Shown here: in pieces, positions 48,801 through 59,600 of the stretch
Numbering within the stretch: position 1 is the stretch's first letter
Layout: every line of letters starts with the position of its first letter
NCBI GenBank assembly: GCA_000708835.1
Contig: DF236979.1
Coordinates: 272,208 to 336,207, forward strand
Origin: Klebsormidium nitens
Taxonomy: Eukaryota > Plantae > Klebsormidiophyceae
Direction: 5' to 3'
DNA: 64,000 nt
Translations under genes and position numbers: made by a program
Notes under the pieces: generated by a model
What the model was told of the DNA's origin: nothing
The model's database searches: none
Seen by the model: the letters and a program-made list of their open reading frames with translations, nothing else

Positions 48801-51800
48801 CAGGCTGACGTTCCCTTCCTCAAACAAAGTCCCTTCAGAAAACCATCTAAAAGGGCGGTCTCTCTTCAGATCAGAAGCCTGGTGCCGAAACCCTCATCAC
48901 TATATTCACCAGCGCCGACCAAGCTGTGATAGTCTTTACCAGCAATAACCTCGCCCTTCATCCTCCGCCGTCTCCAGGCTGACATTCCTTCTTTTAAACA
49001 AACTCTTACCGAAAACCATCCAAAGGGACGCTCTCTCTTCCAAATCAAAAACCTGGTGCAGAATTCCTCATCACCATTCTCACCAACTGACGTCGATCAA
49101 GCTGTGATGATTCTTACCAGCCATAACCTGGCCCCTTCATCCTCCGCCGTGTTTAGGCTGACGTTCCCTTCCTCAAACAAACTCTCTCCAGAAAACCATC
49201 CAAAGGGACGCTCTCTCTTCAAGATCAGCGACCTGGTGCCGAAAGTCTCATCGCTATTCGCACCGACTACAATGCCGACCAACCGCTGAATGCTCCTCAC
49301 CAGCCATAACCTGGCCCCTTCATCCTCCGCCGTGTTTAGGCTGACGTTGCCCTCCTCAAACAAAGTCTCTCAAGAACCATCCAAAAGGACGTTCTGTCTT
49401 CCAAATCAGCGACCTGGTGCCGAAAGTCTCATCACTATTCGCACCGACTACAACGCCGACCAACCGCTGAATGCTCCTCACCAGCCACAATCTGGCCCCT
49501 TCATCCTCCGCCGTCTCCAGGCTGACGTTGCCCTCCTCGTACGTGTCCGTCACCTTCCCGTCTGCGCTCAGGAACATGCTCCCCTGGCTCACGCTCCCGA
49601 AGCCCTCCAGCTCCCGCCGCCGGCCCAGCTTCGCTAGGTCGATGTTCATGGGCCGCTCGGGCACTGCACAATGCCGGAACGATGCTGACGTCAGGAGACG
49701 TCAGCAGAGACTGGGTTAGAACTTGAGTTAGCTCGAAATCAGCGCTGAACCGCTCAAGCCATCGGCCCAGCTTCGCCGGGTGGTGGATGTTCATGGGCCG
49801 ATAAGGCACTGCATAAACTCGTAAATGAGTGAGGTCAGCCAAAAACTGGTTGACAACCTTCCCAGCAATCTCCAGCAATGATAATGACGTCGGCAGAAAC
49901 TTGTCCAGGAATACTTTAGCCAAGAAGTAGAGCACTTCTCATTCCGCCACGCGCCTAGCTTCGCCAGGTCGATGTTCATGGGCCGGTCGGGCACTGCATA
50001 ATCGTGGAATGAGTGACGTCAGCAAAGAACTGGTTGACAAGCTTCCTAGCAATTTCCAGGAATGGTGGTGACGTCAGCAGAAACTTGTCGAGAACCCAGT
50101 CAGCCCAGAATCAGAGCACTTCTCATTTTGCCGCCAGCCCAGCTTCGCCAGGTCGACATTCATGGGCCGGTCGGGCACGTAATAGCATTTCGATTGCCCT
50201 TCTAATGAAACTGGCTCAGAATAGCGCACAGCCGCTCGACCGCCAGCCCAACTCTGCCGATGTCGCGGGTCGATCCGGCACAGCGGAAATTTCAAACTGG
50301 TACAGAAGTCAGCAGAAAGTCGTTCAGTACCCAGGTAATACAGAAGAAGGCTTTCCAATCTGCCGCCGGCGAAGCTTCGTCGTGTCGAAGTTCGCAAGCC
50401 CATTCAGCCGTGTAGGGGTCCACCTGTGGCTGACGTCAGCAGCACCATTTCCAGGGAGTTCTCAGCAACTCATGTGAAATGCGCTTGTCGTTGGCTGAGT
50501 CTGCCGCCAGCATTGTCAGGCCGGTATTAGAAGGCAGGTGATTCGTCGACGGTTTCGGTGTTCAAGGTGTTCATGGCTTTCAAATACTGACCTTCGATCC
50601 CCAGAGATCCACGGGAGGCTCAGGGGTCACGTCTGCAGGATCTCGACGAAAGCCTGGCTGCCGTCATTCATCGTTCGGAGTCTCGGTTCAGGTGGAAGTC
50701 AATGTCTCGAAAAAGGTCTGGTCAATGAAAGACGTCCAGCCTGCCGCCTCTTGGTCATCATCCAGCGTAAGGAGTCGAGTGGATCAGTAGGAGGTCTTCA
50801 AATCAAGCGAATTGTAGACACAAACCCAGCTTCGACGAAGTCTAAATCAAGCGAATCGTAGACACAATCCCAGCTTCGACGAAAGTTTCATCGATAGTTC
50901 GCCTGCCTTGACTAAAAATCACCTTGGTCGTCTTCGCCGCTGCTGAACATTTCTCAATGCGAGCCTGCGCCTTTCGCCAATCTCGAGTAGATCGAAGTCA
51001 AAGCCTCGACAAGCATCAAGCAGCCACTAACACAAACCGTGACTTGCCTGCCTTGTCTTCGTCGCTGCTCATTCTGTACGATGCGAGCCTGCATTTTGTA
51101 TCTAAGGCAGGCGGAAGTCAAGCCTCAACAAGACTCAAGTCATTGAAACAGCCACCACTCGCCTGCCTCGTCCTGGTGACCATCTGAGTCATCTTCGTCG
51201 CTGCCCATATCGTGCAGCTCCTCCACGTAGTACAGCCGCCGTCGCTGCTCGCTCTTTTCAATGCGAACCTGCTTCTTTCACTAAGGCAGTTCGGAGTCAA
51301 CGCCTCAAAAAAACTCAAGTCACTGACACAAAGCGTGACTTGCCTGCCTCGTCGTGGTCATTGTCAGAGTCATCTTCGTCGCTGCTCATATCGTCCGGCT
51401 CCTCCATCTCCACGTAGTATTGCCGCCCGCTGCGGTCCTCCACGACCACCCCCCGGATGTCGAACTCGTCGTCCTCGCCGTCGGGGCCCCACGCGGCGTC
51501 CAGGCCGCCCGCCACAAAGCGCCTGAGGATTAGGGTTTAGGGTTTAGAATTCAGGGTTTGGGGTCTGGGGTTTAGGGTCTGGGGTTTAGGTTCTAGGGTT
51601 TAGGATTTGGCTTTTAGGTTTCAATGTTTCAGTCAACTGAGCACCAAACAAGAGTAGATTGGAAGGAAGTGGAAAGCAAGAGCAGAAGCAAGAGGAAGAG
51701 GAAAAGGACGAAACGGAAGAAAGATCAATGGAGGCTCTTGAAGGGGTCTTCACGCCCTGTCCAGGGGAGCCCACCGCGAAGCGCCTGGGGAGTGTGGAAA

Positions 51801-54800
51801 AACGAGAATGGGGAAGTGGCCCATTGGGAAGGAAGGGAAAAGGGCGAAGGAAGAGAAGAAAGGGAACACGAGGTATTTGGACCGCTCGCCACGAAGCCTC
51901 TGGAGAGTGGGCAAAAACAAGCTTTCAGAAGATGATGGAAAGCCAAAGGTAAGAACAGGGGTAGGAAGATTTAGGGAAGGAGTAACGGGGGATTTGAGCG
52001 GCCCTGTACTCTCTCCAGACCGCTTGCAACGAAGTGCTTGCTGACTGGAAAGAAACGAGGATGGGGAGAAAGCAAACTGGAAGAGTGAGGGACGACGGGA
52101 GATGAAAAATGAGAGATAGCTGGAGGGCAGGAGGAAAAGGATGAAGACAATGGAAGAGAGTAAAAGAAGGCCTTATACGGCCCCACGCGCTGTTTAGACC
52201 GCCCGACACGAAGCGCCTGGGGAGTCAAAAGTAGAATCAACCGTCTGGCTCGACAAAGGATTTCATGAAGGTGCAGTTGCAGTTGACTTTCAGCGCTGTC
52301 GCAAGAACAACGGAAGGAACGGTGATCGATGGACGACTTATCATTATGCTTTCCTACACCGCTGACCCGGAAAGTCCAACGTCCCTGCCAGTGAGCAACT
52401 GGATTTCGGCTCTGGCTTTTAGACAAGTCGTATAACTCACCAGAATTTCATCAAGTAACCATGTGGTCTCCTGTCGTTCTCTCTTTCCTTGTCCTGGATG
52501 TCTTATTGTAAGAAGCAAAGGGCATGGAACAAGAGACGCAATCGGACCGAGGCTTTCAGACGCTGGGCGACCAAACAAGGGTAGAGAAGCAGACAGAGCT
52601 CGATGTAAACCAGCAAAACAACCTTTCAAGGACGGCCGGAGTGGAATCAGGGAGTTCCGGCAAACCGCAAAGAGACTTAGAGCAAGGGCGTCACACAGGC
52701 GACATAGAAGGAAATGTTCGCTGCTTGATGGAAGCCAACTCCTTGCTGCACATGAGTCCCAGCGTGCCACCGACAATGATTGCGCAAACTCGTTGACGTG
52801 CAGTCGTTAAAAACCGTTGCGCTGAGGCGAGCCCTCGAGCGTGGAACGAAGGGAGATCTAATACTGGATCTGGGCACTGGCAGCGTTCGCACATCGGACG
52901 ACACGGCTTGTCCTAATACACGAGCACTACGTCTTTCGGACCACTCACCCGACTAATTTTGGCACCGGTAGCTCCCCCGTGTCGGTCATTCCGATGGCGT
53001 TCCCAAGCCCCGTGTCTTGCAACCGTTCGTATCTGCAGGAACGGAGGTGAAGGTAAATGGACGGAGGTAGTGCTGTCACAAACGAATTGCAGAGGAAGTG
53101 TCGTACGCCAAAGCACTCGTGAGCAGCAAAGTGGTAAGGACGTGGGGGTCGAGACAGGTCTGTTAATTCGACAATGGACAACAGGGGCCTTGACAAGGTT
53201 CGGAAAAATCAAAGAGCACTAGATCCGAGCAGAGTCTCACTTTTGAGACTGAAACCGACGAAAGTCGTGCTCCATGCGTCAAACGCGATGGAGCCAGAAA
53301 GCAGCCCTGACAATTATTGCTCTGCCAATCTCAGAGGAATCTTCGATCGCCCAAACCCCAAGAGGATCCTCAGATGATCTTAAGATTGCCCGACTGCCAA
53401 CCTCACGTAGAACGTGGACGAAACAACCCTTGGAGCTGAGGTCGGCTTTTCAATCGGGAGATTTCAAAGCAGTCCTGATGCGAGAAGGCAAACTTCTCTG
53501 CCCAAACGACAACATGCAAAAACTGAGCATTGGAGACCCTCACACTTTTATTTCCCGCATTGCCAGTTCCCTGGCTGCAGGGGTATACTCTTTCAGGTAC
53601 ACCTTTTCGTCCTTCATCCCCATCGGCTTGCTGCATAGAGTCAAGTACACCTTCGTGAGAAGGTCACTCTTTTGACACCTATCTTGGAAGTCTTTGGTGA
53701 GGTATGGCCGCCTGCTACATCGTTTTCCGTATTCTTACTCTCAGCACGATGATCGAACCTGAATGGATAATTTGTTCAAATGGAGGACTTGGTAGCACCA
53801 GCTCAGATGTTTGGTAACCACCACAAGACGAACGGCTGTTCCAAGGAGTTGATTGTTTTTGGAAGTGGTGTAGTAGAATTGTTTGAGTGTATGCGACTGT
53901 GCTTCTGATCGGCCAGCCTCTTTGCAATCGAGGTTGTCCGAGGGACAGCCTCGCTTACTCAATTTCGCTAAGAAATGCGCACTACTTTTTCTTGAGACAG
54001 CATGGAGAAGTGCTGGCCCCTGAACCTCTCAATATTCACAATCTTATTACAATGGATGTTGAGCTCGATCAGACTCCCAACAAAGTGCCATCACGAGACT
54101 TAAAAGTGAATCAAGTAAACTCAACAGGTTCAACTGGTCCTGATCGCGGTCAGAAACATTCAAAACCCCTCGTTGGAAAGCTCACCCGGTCGCAAAACGT
54201 GCTGCATACACGTTGATGAATGAAGGCGCGCTTACGATCAGATCCTCCTCGTCCTCTTCGTCGCTGTCCTCGTCTTCCGAAGCCAACATCTCCTCCCGGC
54301 TCATCGTCCATGTCTGTAACAAAAGAATGAGCCTTTCTGTGCCATTGCCCCACAAAATGCAGGTGTTTGGTGTCCTCTGTGCTCAGATCAAAACTCAATT
54401 TCTGTGCCTGGTCTTTTAACTGTCTTGATTCTTACCTGATTGCTGGATGTTCGCTGGCCATTTTCAAATCCTGCCTGCTCTGCAAAATTCCTTGGAACTC
54501 TTCGTCTGTTCTCTCGCTGTTCCACCCCATGCTTTGCTTCAGCAGTGTCCCTTGGACCTCCAATCGGACCCTTTCCAAGCTCTAAACATTTTTATCCTTC
54601 GATCAGTCTCCGCTGTCCAGTAGTGGATGTCTGGGGAAGGGTGCTTCTGACCTGCATTGAGCAGCTCTAAAACTGGCTCACATTCTTTAGTTCAAGGCTT
54701 TAGAATTGGCTGTAATATCCAGGTTGAGACAACCATACTTACCTCCTGAACTGTCAACCGGCCCACCGGCTGCAGAATCTCGAAATCCTCTGCTCTGTAA

Positions 54801-54994
54801 CTATCTATTGTTGCGGATGCCGTCGCCGCACCCCCAGCGCATCTCTTATTGGTTCTCCGGGGCCTCCCAAGACTGGGATGTCTGGCGAAGGACTTGACGG
54901 GAGCGACCCCAAGGAACGCGCTTCTTGCAAGTGCCCCTTTGCGCTCCTGGGCAAGTGGTCGAGCGCACCATGGTTGACGCAAACGGGCCTTCAT
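45869..54994 (-). CDS. Plastid-targeted STN7/STN8-related protein-kinase-like protein (probable pseudokinase) with acidic insert
   Basis: Exons 54994-54743 (transit peptide then YRAEDFEILQPVGRL), 54313-54236, [unresolved small exon(s) 53630-54240], 53630-53544 (VYLKEY..AARELAMRE), 53032-52949, 51522-51344 (GC donor), 49663-49482 (LWL), 47770-47651 (VFEFEG), 47211-47097 (MAFCHVRGVVHNA), 46637-46585 (VKLSNFG), 46345-45869 (DIRMLGLAIAE..FLDVGEKAGWELLELLL). Confidence 0.8.
47885..47932 (-). repeat. Single echo of the kinase VFEFEG exon acceptor and start
   Basis: Minus strand: CGCAAG|TCTTTGAGTTCGAGCGGATGTGCACTATGGAAGACTTTCC vs real CTCAG|GTGTTTGAGTTCGAGGGGATGTGCACTATGGAGGATTTTCC. Confidence 0.88.
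48400..49545 (-). repeat. About 180-bp tandem array of exon 3' end plus donor plus intron (6 copies including the real one)
   Basis: GAGGAAGGGAACGTCAGCCT..A.AC.GCGGAGGATGAAGGGGCCAGG.TATGGCTG|GT recurs with donors at 49481 (real), 49300, 49117, 48939, 48764, 48589, and a faint copy at about 48400. Confidence 0.93.
49630..50290 (-). repeat. About 145-185-bp array of acceptor plus exon 5' end copies
   Basis: TGCAG|TGCCCGACCGGCCCATGAACATCGACCTGGCGAAGCT-like sequence at 49664 (real), 49809, 49994, 50178 (AG lost) and about 50280 (faint). Confidence 0.9.
50800..50883. repeat. 44-bp intronic tandem duplication
   Basis: AAATCAAGCGAAT(T/C)GTAGACACAA(A/T)CCCAGCTTCGACGAA at 50800 and 50844. Confidence 0.85.
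50895..51420 (-). repeat. Three echoes of the acidic kinase exon end, each with a GC donor
   Basis: AGGCAG|GC(A/G)A at 51343 (real), about 51162, 51047 and 50902, preceded by copies of GAGCAGCGACGAAGA. Confidence 0.85.
51530..51622. repeat. Interstitial telomere-like (TTTAGGG/TTTTAGG) degenerate tract
   Basis: ATTAGGGTTTAGGGTTTAGAATTCAGGGTTTGGGGTCTGGGGTTTAGGGTCTGGGGTTTAGGTTCTAGGGTTTTAGG. Confidence 0.85.
51760..52225 (-). repeat. Three to four echoes of the acidic kinase exon acceptor and start
   Basis: CTCCCCAG|GCGCTTCG.. at 51785 and 52217, CTCTCCAG|AGGCTTCGTGGCGAGCGG at 51900, faint copy at about 52040; real site TCCTCAG|GCGCTTTGTGGCGGGCGG at 51523. Confidence 0.82.
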
Positions 54995-56642
54995 AAGAAA
55001 GCCCCAATAACGGTTGGTCGATGCTCCATACAAGATGGCAGGGATTGCAAGATACTTATTGCGTAGCAGTGAGAAAGCAAAAAACGCATGGAGATTCCGA
55101 GTGGTGAACGTCATTCCAAGTCTACTGTGTGGTCCATGAGCATGCTATTCTCCTACCTTGACAGATCTCCATAGCAAAACCTTGCTTAAGTCGCTATCTC
55201 TGAGTTGGGTGGCGTTTCACCAGTGGTCAAGAGTATTGCGCCTTACCAAAGAGGACAGGAGTAAAGCGCAAATCTGCTCGGCGTCTCCTCAATCAGTATT
55301 TTGACTTCCCCTCCAATGAAATACAGACTTTGTCACTTATCTCGTATCTTCCGAGCATGAGAATGTGTGTGGTACAGGCAACTACAGTCTATGAATATAG
55401 TCAGAAGAGTACCGCCCAAACAGGAATCGGAAGCTTTACATCAGTAGTTACAGACAACTCAAAAAAACACTCACGAAGCCTTTCCAGGGTTGATAGCCGC
55501 TCGAATAAACAAGTTTACATCCATAGCCTTGCTGTTAATACGGGCTGCTTTGACAATATGATGGAGACTCTGCAACAAATTTGCCAGTTTGATTATGTGG
55601 CACGACCTTTTTTCAGCTGCATTAGAAGATTCGCGTCCAGACTTACCTCATTCTGCTTGGCCTTCACGTCTCTCTGCCACCAGTCATCACTTTTACCCCA
55701 TCTGTGTGTTTTGTTCGACACTAAGTGTCTGCTTGCTGCATGCTCTTTATTGCATTGCTGCCAAGAAGCAACAAGCCCCTGTGCCGAGGTCGTTCTATGG
55801 ATGCTGCAGCACAATGAGCCCGTACTCAACATTGTCAACCTACGTGCATTGCCTCCTCAGTATCCTCATTCATACCCAGCTGTACATTTGAACGCGCAAG
55901 GAATAATTCTGGCAGAAGCTCAACACGGAGGAAGCAGAGGTGTTTGACAGCTCGGGCGCCAAACTGCTCTAGCGCCTCGCAGCATTGTGCTCAAATGTTG
56001 GCTGCTTGTTTGATAGTTTCAAGGGGTTTGTCGGGCCTTTCATTGCGGCGCTGAGGTGCCTGTCCGGAACGCAAAGGTTCCTTCAAAAGCTGACCAACGT
56101 CTTCGCCATGCGCGTTAGTGGTGCTCTCATAAGTAGCATTTGGAAGTTTGGGAACTCTGCCACTGGCAATGGAACAGATGGAAGATTTCAGTGTGCAGCA
56201 TTTCTTAGAAATCTTCTAAAATCACATGTACGTCCTTCGTGCAATTTCTATGTTGAACTAGATTGGGCTGATGAATTGATGTTCTTGAGGTGATCCCTTT
56301 GTGCTTTGAAGCCTCCGCGCCGTACATCGACGAACGTCCTCTGCTTGCGACCAACTATATACACATATTGAAGCCGTCGATGGTCAGCTTTTATCGATCG
56401 AACGGTCATAAGGGCGCAGTCAACCTCCAGTGTCGCAACTACCGTTGCCTGGCTGAGCTGAGCGCAAAGCCTTGAACAGGTGAGATTGAAGGCTCTCTAG
56501 CTCAATCATGCAATTTTCAGCTTGATCAGAGAGGAACTGTCAGCGAGCAAGGAGACAAGGGGTGTGCACGATGACAGGGAACGGTCGCTGAAGCTGCAGC
56601 TGCCCGCATGAGCAGCCTCTTTGGAAGGGTGCCAGTGGCAGG

Positions 56643-59600
56643 ATGCCAGCCTTTTACCACCAAAATGGGCCCCGCTTGCAGATCCCTCTGAAGAGCCAGG
56701 CAAAACGAACGGCGCTTGGTGGCAATGTGTTTGATAGTTACGGGGGCGAGAAGAGAGCCAGGCCGAATGGCTCGGCCAGCAGCGGACAGCTCCACGAGAG
56801 GGACGAAAATGGTCAGGATGTTGTTGGCCCGCTGTCAATGCAGGAGCGGTTGCGGCTGGCGGGTGCTAGCTCAGACGCGGGCCCTTCTGAGCCGCAGCAG
56901 CATAGCGCACGGCTAGATCATAGCACGAGTGGTGATGGCTCGGGAGTGCATGTGAGTGCCAATGGAGGGGCGGGGACTGGTAGTACTGGGGCAGCAGGAC
57001 TAGGGGTCCTGTCCTCAGACTGCCAGCCTGTGGAAGTGAGCATGTATCTTGATGTCCCACAGCCTGGTGTTGGCCTCACAAACCTAGGGAACACGTGCTA
57101 CCTGAACTCGGTTCTGCAGTGTCTGCTGCACACAAGGCCTCTTCACAATCTGCTGCTGGAGCGCTACCACTCAGAACACTGTGAGTCATACAACCTTGCT
57201 TTCAACCTGATATAATGACCTGATCCATCATCCTGCTTGTGCCCTGCTGACCTTTTATGTGACTTCAGTTCTGTGGCTTGGAATCAGACTTGATCTTTTG
57301 TTCATTAAGTTGAAACCCTAAAACCAAAGTGCTGTTGATCGATGAAAAGGTGGTGGAAGTAGTGCAAGACGATGGTGGTGCATCCGAGATAGATCAAAAT
57401 GTTAGTTCATTTCTACAGCATGTTGTATCGGCAGATGAAAGGCTAAAATCATAGTTTTTTTGGAAGGCCCGCCAGGCCCTTTTTGCCAATGGTGAGTGCC
57501 CTTGATACTTTATGAGGAGCCTTTTGTCAACAGAGTGGAGGAGGCTGTGCGCACATAGGTTTCAGCTCAAGCTCACCATAAATCGAGTCTGATTTGATCA
57601 TCAGCAGTCACATACCACTGTCAGAATCGACACTTGGCAGTTCCATAACTACTGCTTTCTACGTTTCTAGTTGTTGTAGACACCTCATTGTTGATCACAC
57701 AGTTACAGTATCTGGTTGACCCTTTCTATGGCCGTGAGAACCCTTGCAGTGGTACCATGTCCTCTTTGTGCAAGATTCAGCACCTCAACCCAGTGCTAAT
57801 TTCCTGATAGACAATCCTGGTGCCGAACACCGTTACAGAAAATTTCACAGCACGGAGTGAATTACTATTTAGTATCTCTTATGTTCGTTCAACCTGAGGT
57901 TGGTTCGCGCCCGGGAAGTATGCCGGATCAAGCGCCAACTCCTTCTTATGCAACACTTAGCGTGTGGCGCTCAGTTCTCATGCACTATTCTTGCAGGTGA
58001 GTATGGTCATGGTAGAGCAGACGGTTTCTGCCCCCTTTGCTTGCTGGAGAGACGCCTCCGAGGCAGCTTTTTCACCGAGCCCAAGCACCCGCGGCCGCTG
58101 GCCATTGCCAAGAACCTCCACCGTATCCTGAACACACATGGACTGGTTCTCGTTGTCAGAAGTTGCTCTGTATTCATGGTAGCGCTCTGCAAACCACGGC
58201 TGCTAAAAGATTGAGACTTCCAGATCTTGATAATGTCATTCTCTTGAGCAATTGGGAGGAGGTTTCATCTTTGTGCACACAGAATTCTCTCCGGCCCTGC
58301 TGCGAAATGGCTTCCTGTATCTAGGCTGTTGATTGTGCAGTCGTAGAATTCGTTCTGCTGGTTCTGACTGCAAGAAGCCGCCAGCTTTTGAGATAGATAT
58401 TTTCATCCAGACGCACTCTTGGAACATGTGCGTGCTGGTGTATTTCAAGAATGGACTTTTTGGCTGGTGATCATCCTTGACAAAGGACCGACCAGACTTC
58501 GCGCCCCAGCTTCGTATCGGGGAGCAAGAGGACGCGCATGAGTTGCTGCGACTGATGATTGATTCTTGCCACCGCACCTGCCTACTGCAGCAGAGAGGGT
58601 GAGGCATTCGTCAACACTTCTGATTACTAGTATGGGCAAGAAATAACGAGATCTTCACAGATTGTGCTATGTTTTCCTAGATATTGAGAGACAGTCAGCA
58701 GGCAAGATAAAAGTACGACATTCATGTTAGAGACCTGCGACCTGTTTGGGGATTATTTGCCATGTTTTGTTTTCTGCAAGCGACCTCAATTTCGTTAGAG
58801 CTGATTGTGTTGCGAAGCAGTGCCACATTCGAGTTCGATCAACTTCGATCAAAAGGACAAGTGCTCCATCTGAAGTCGACCCTTCTACAGTGAATTCCCA
58901 GTACCATTCCTTGCAAACGGCAGTTTTCATCCGAAAGTTATGGAATTTGTAAAAGCCGAGGGATAGTGGAACCAAGTCCCTTCGACCTGACAAGGGAAGA
59001 GGGTACATTTAGCTGGGACCCCTCTAGGTTGGTGGATCATACAGGTGGATTTCCACAGGTGCTTTGAAGGTGCTCATGGGCACTGGCTCATTGGGAATAG
59101 TCGTCGCTGCAGTTTCTCCCCGGCTAGGTTGACAGCGTTCGAGGATAGGTCCAAAAGGGAGCCGACTGCCATCCGATCCATCTTTGGAGGCATCGTTCAG
59201 AACCAGGTAAGCCCGGAAGCGGGCGGCACCTTCTCCGCACAATCGATTCTAAATCCGTTTCGTGGTGGTGGTGCAGACTTCCCATGACTGCACTAAAACG
59301 ATTCGAGGACAGGACTGGAAAGGTCCCCACAGTCATATCGGACATATTCGGGGGCGTGTTGCAAAGTCAGGTAAATCGATTGCGATTGCCTTCGAAGTTT
59401 CTCGCCACCCGCTGCGTGAAATTGATGCTTGTGTTCCTCACAAGAGCGTCTTACCGCTCAGGTTGTAAAGGACGCTGACTTCAGCGAATTGCTTCCAAGA
59501 TTGTTATCGAGCTCGCATAGCAGCCTTTGAATCAGGACAGTTGTCACTTGTCGTTGTCGTTGTCACTTGTCATGTCTGGGTCAAGTCGAACACTAAAAGA

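Noticed and set aside
48400-49545. Centromeric-type 180-bp satellite or repeat-protein ORFs (49097..49363, 48703..48948, 49290..49637)
   Set aside because: The units derive from the neighbouring exon and donor within a gene intron; the ORFs are by-products of the duplication.
52354-52904. Possible separate gene start (transit-peptide-like ORFs) or extra exon 52494-52440
   Set aside because: Exon 53032-52949 splices in phase directly to 51522 and gives the expected kinase motif KLVGRF, so this region is best read as intron.
55330-55947. 205-aa ORF in the divergent promoter region
   Set aside because: Starts at a non-ATG codon, is Cys/Ser/Leu-rich like random sequence, and has no recognisable family.
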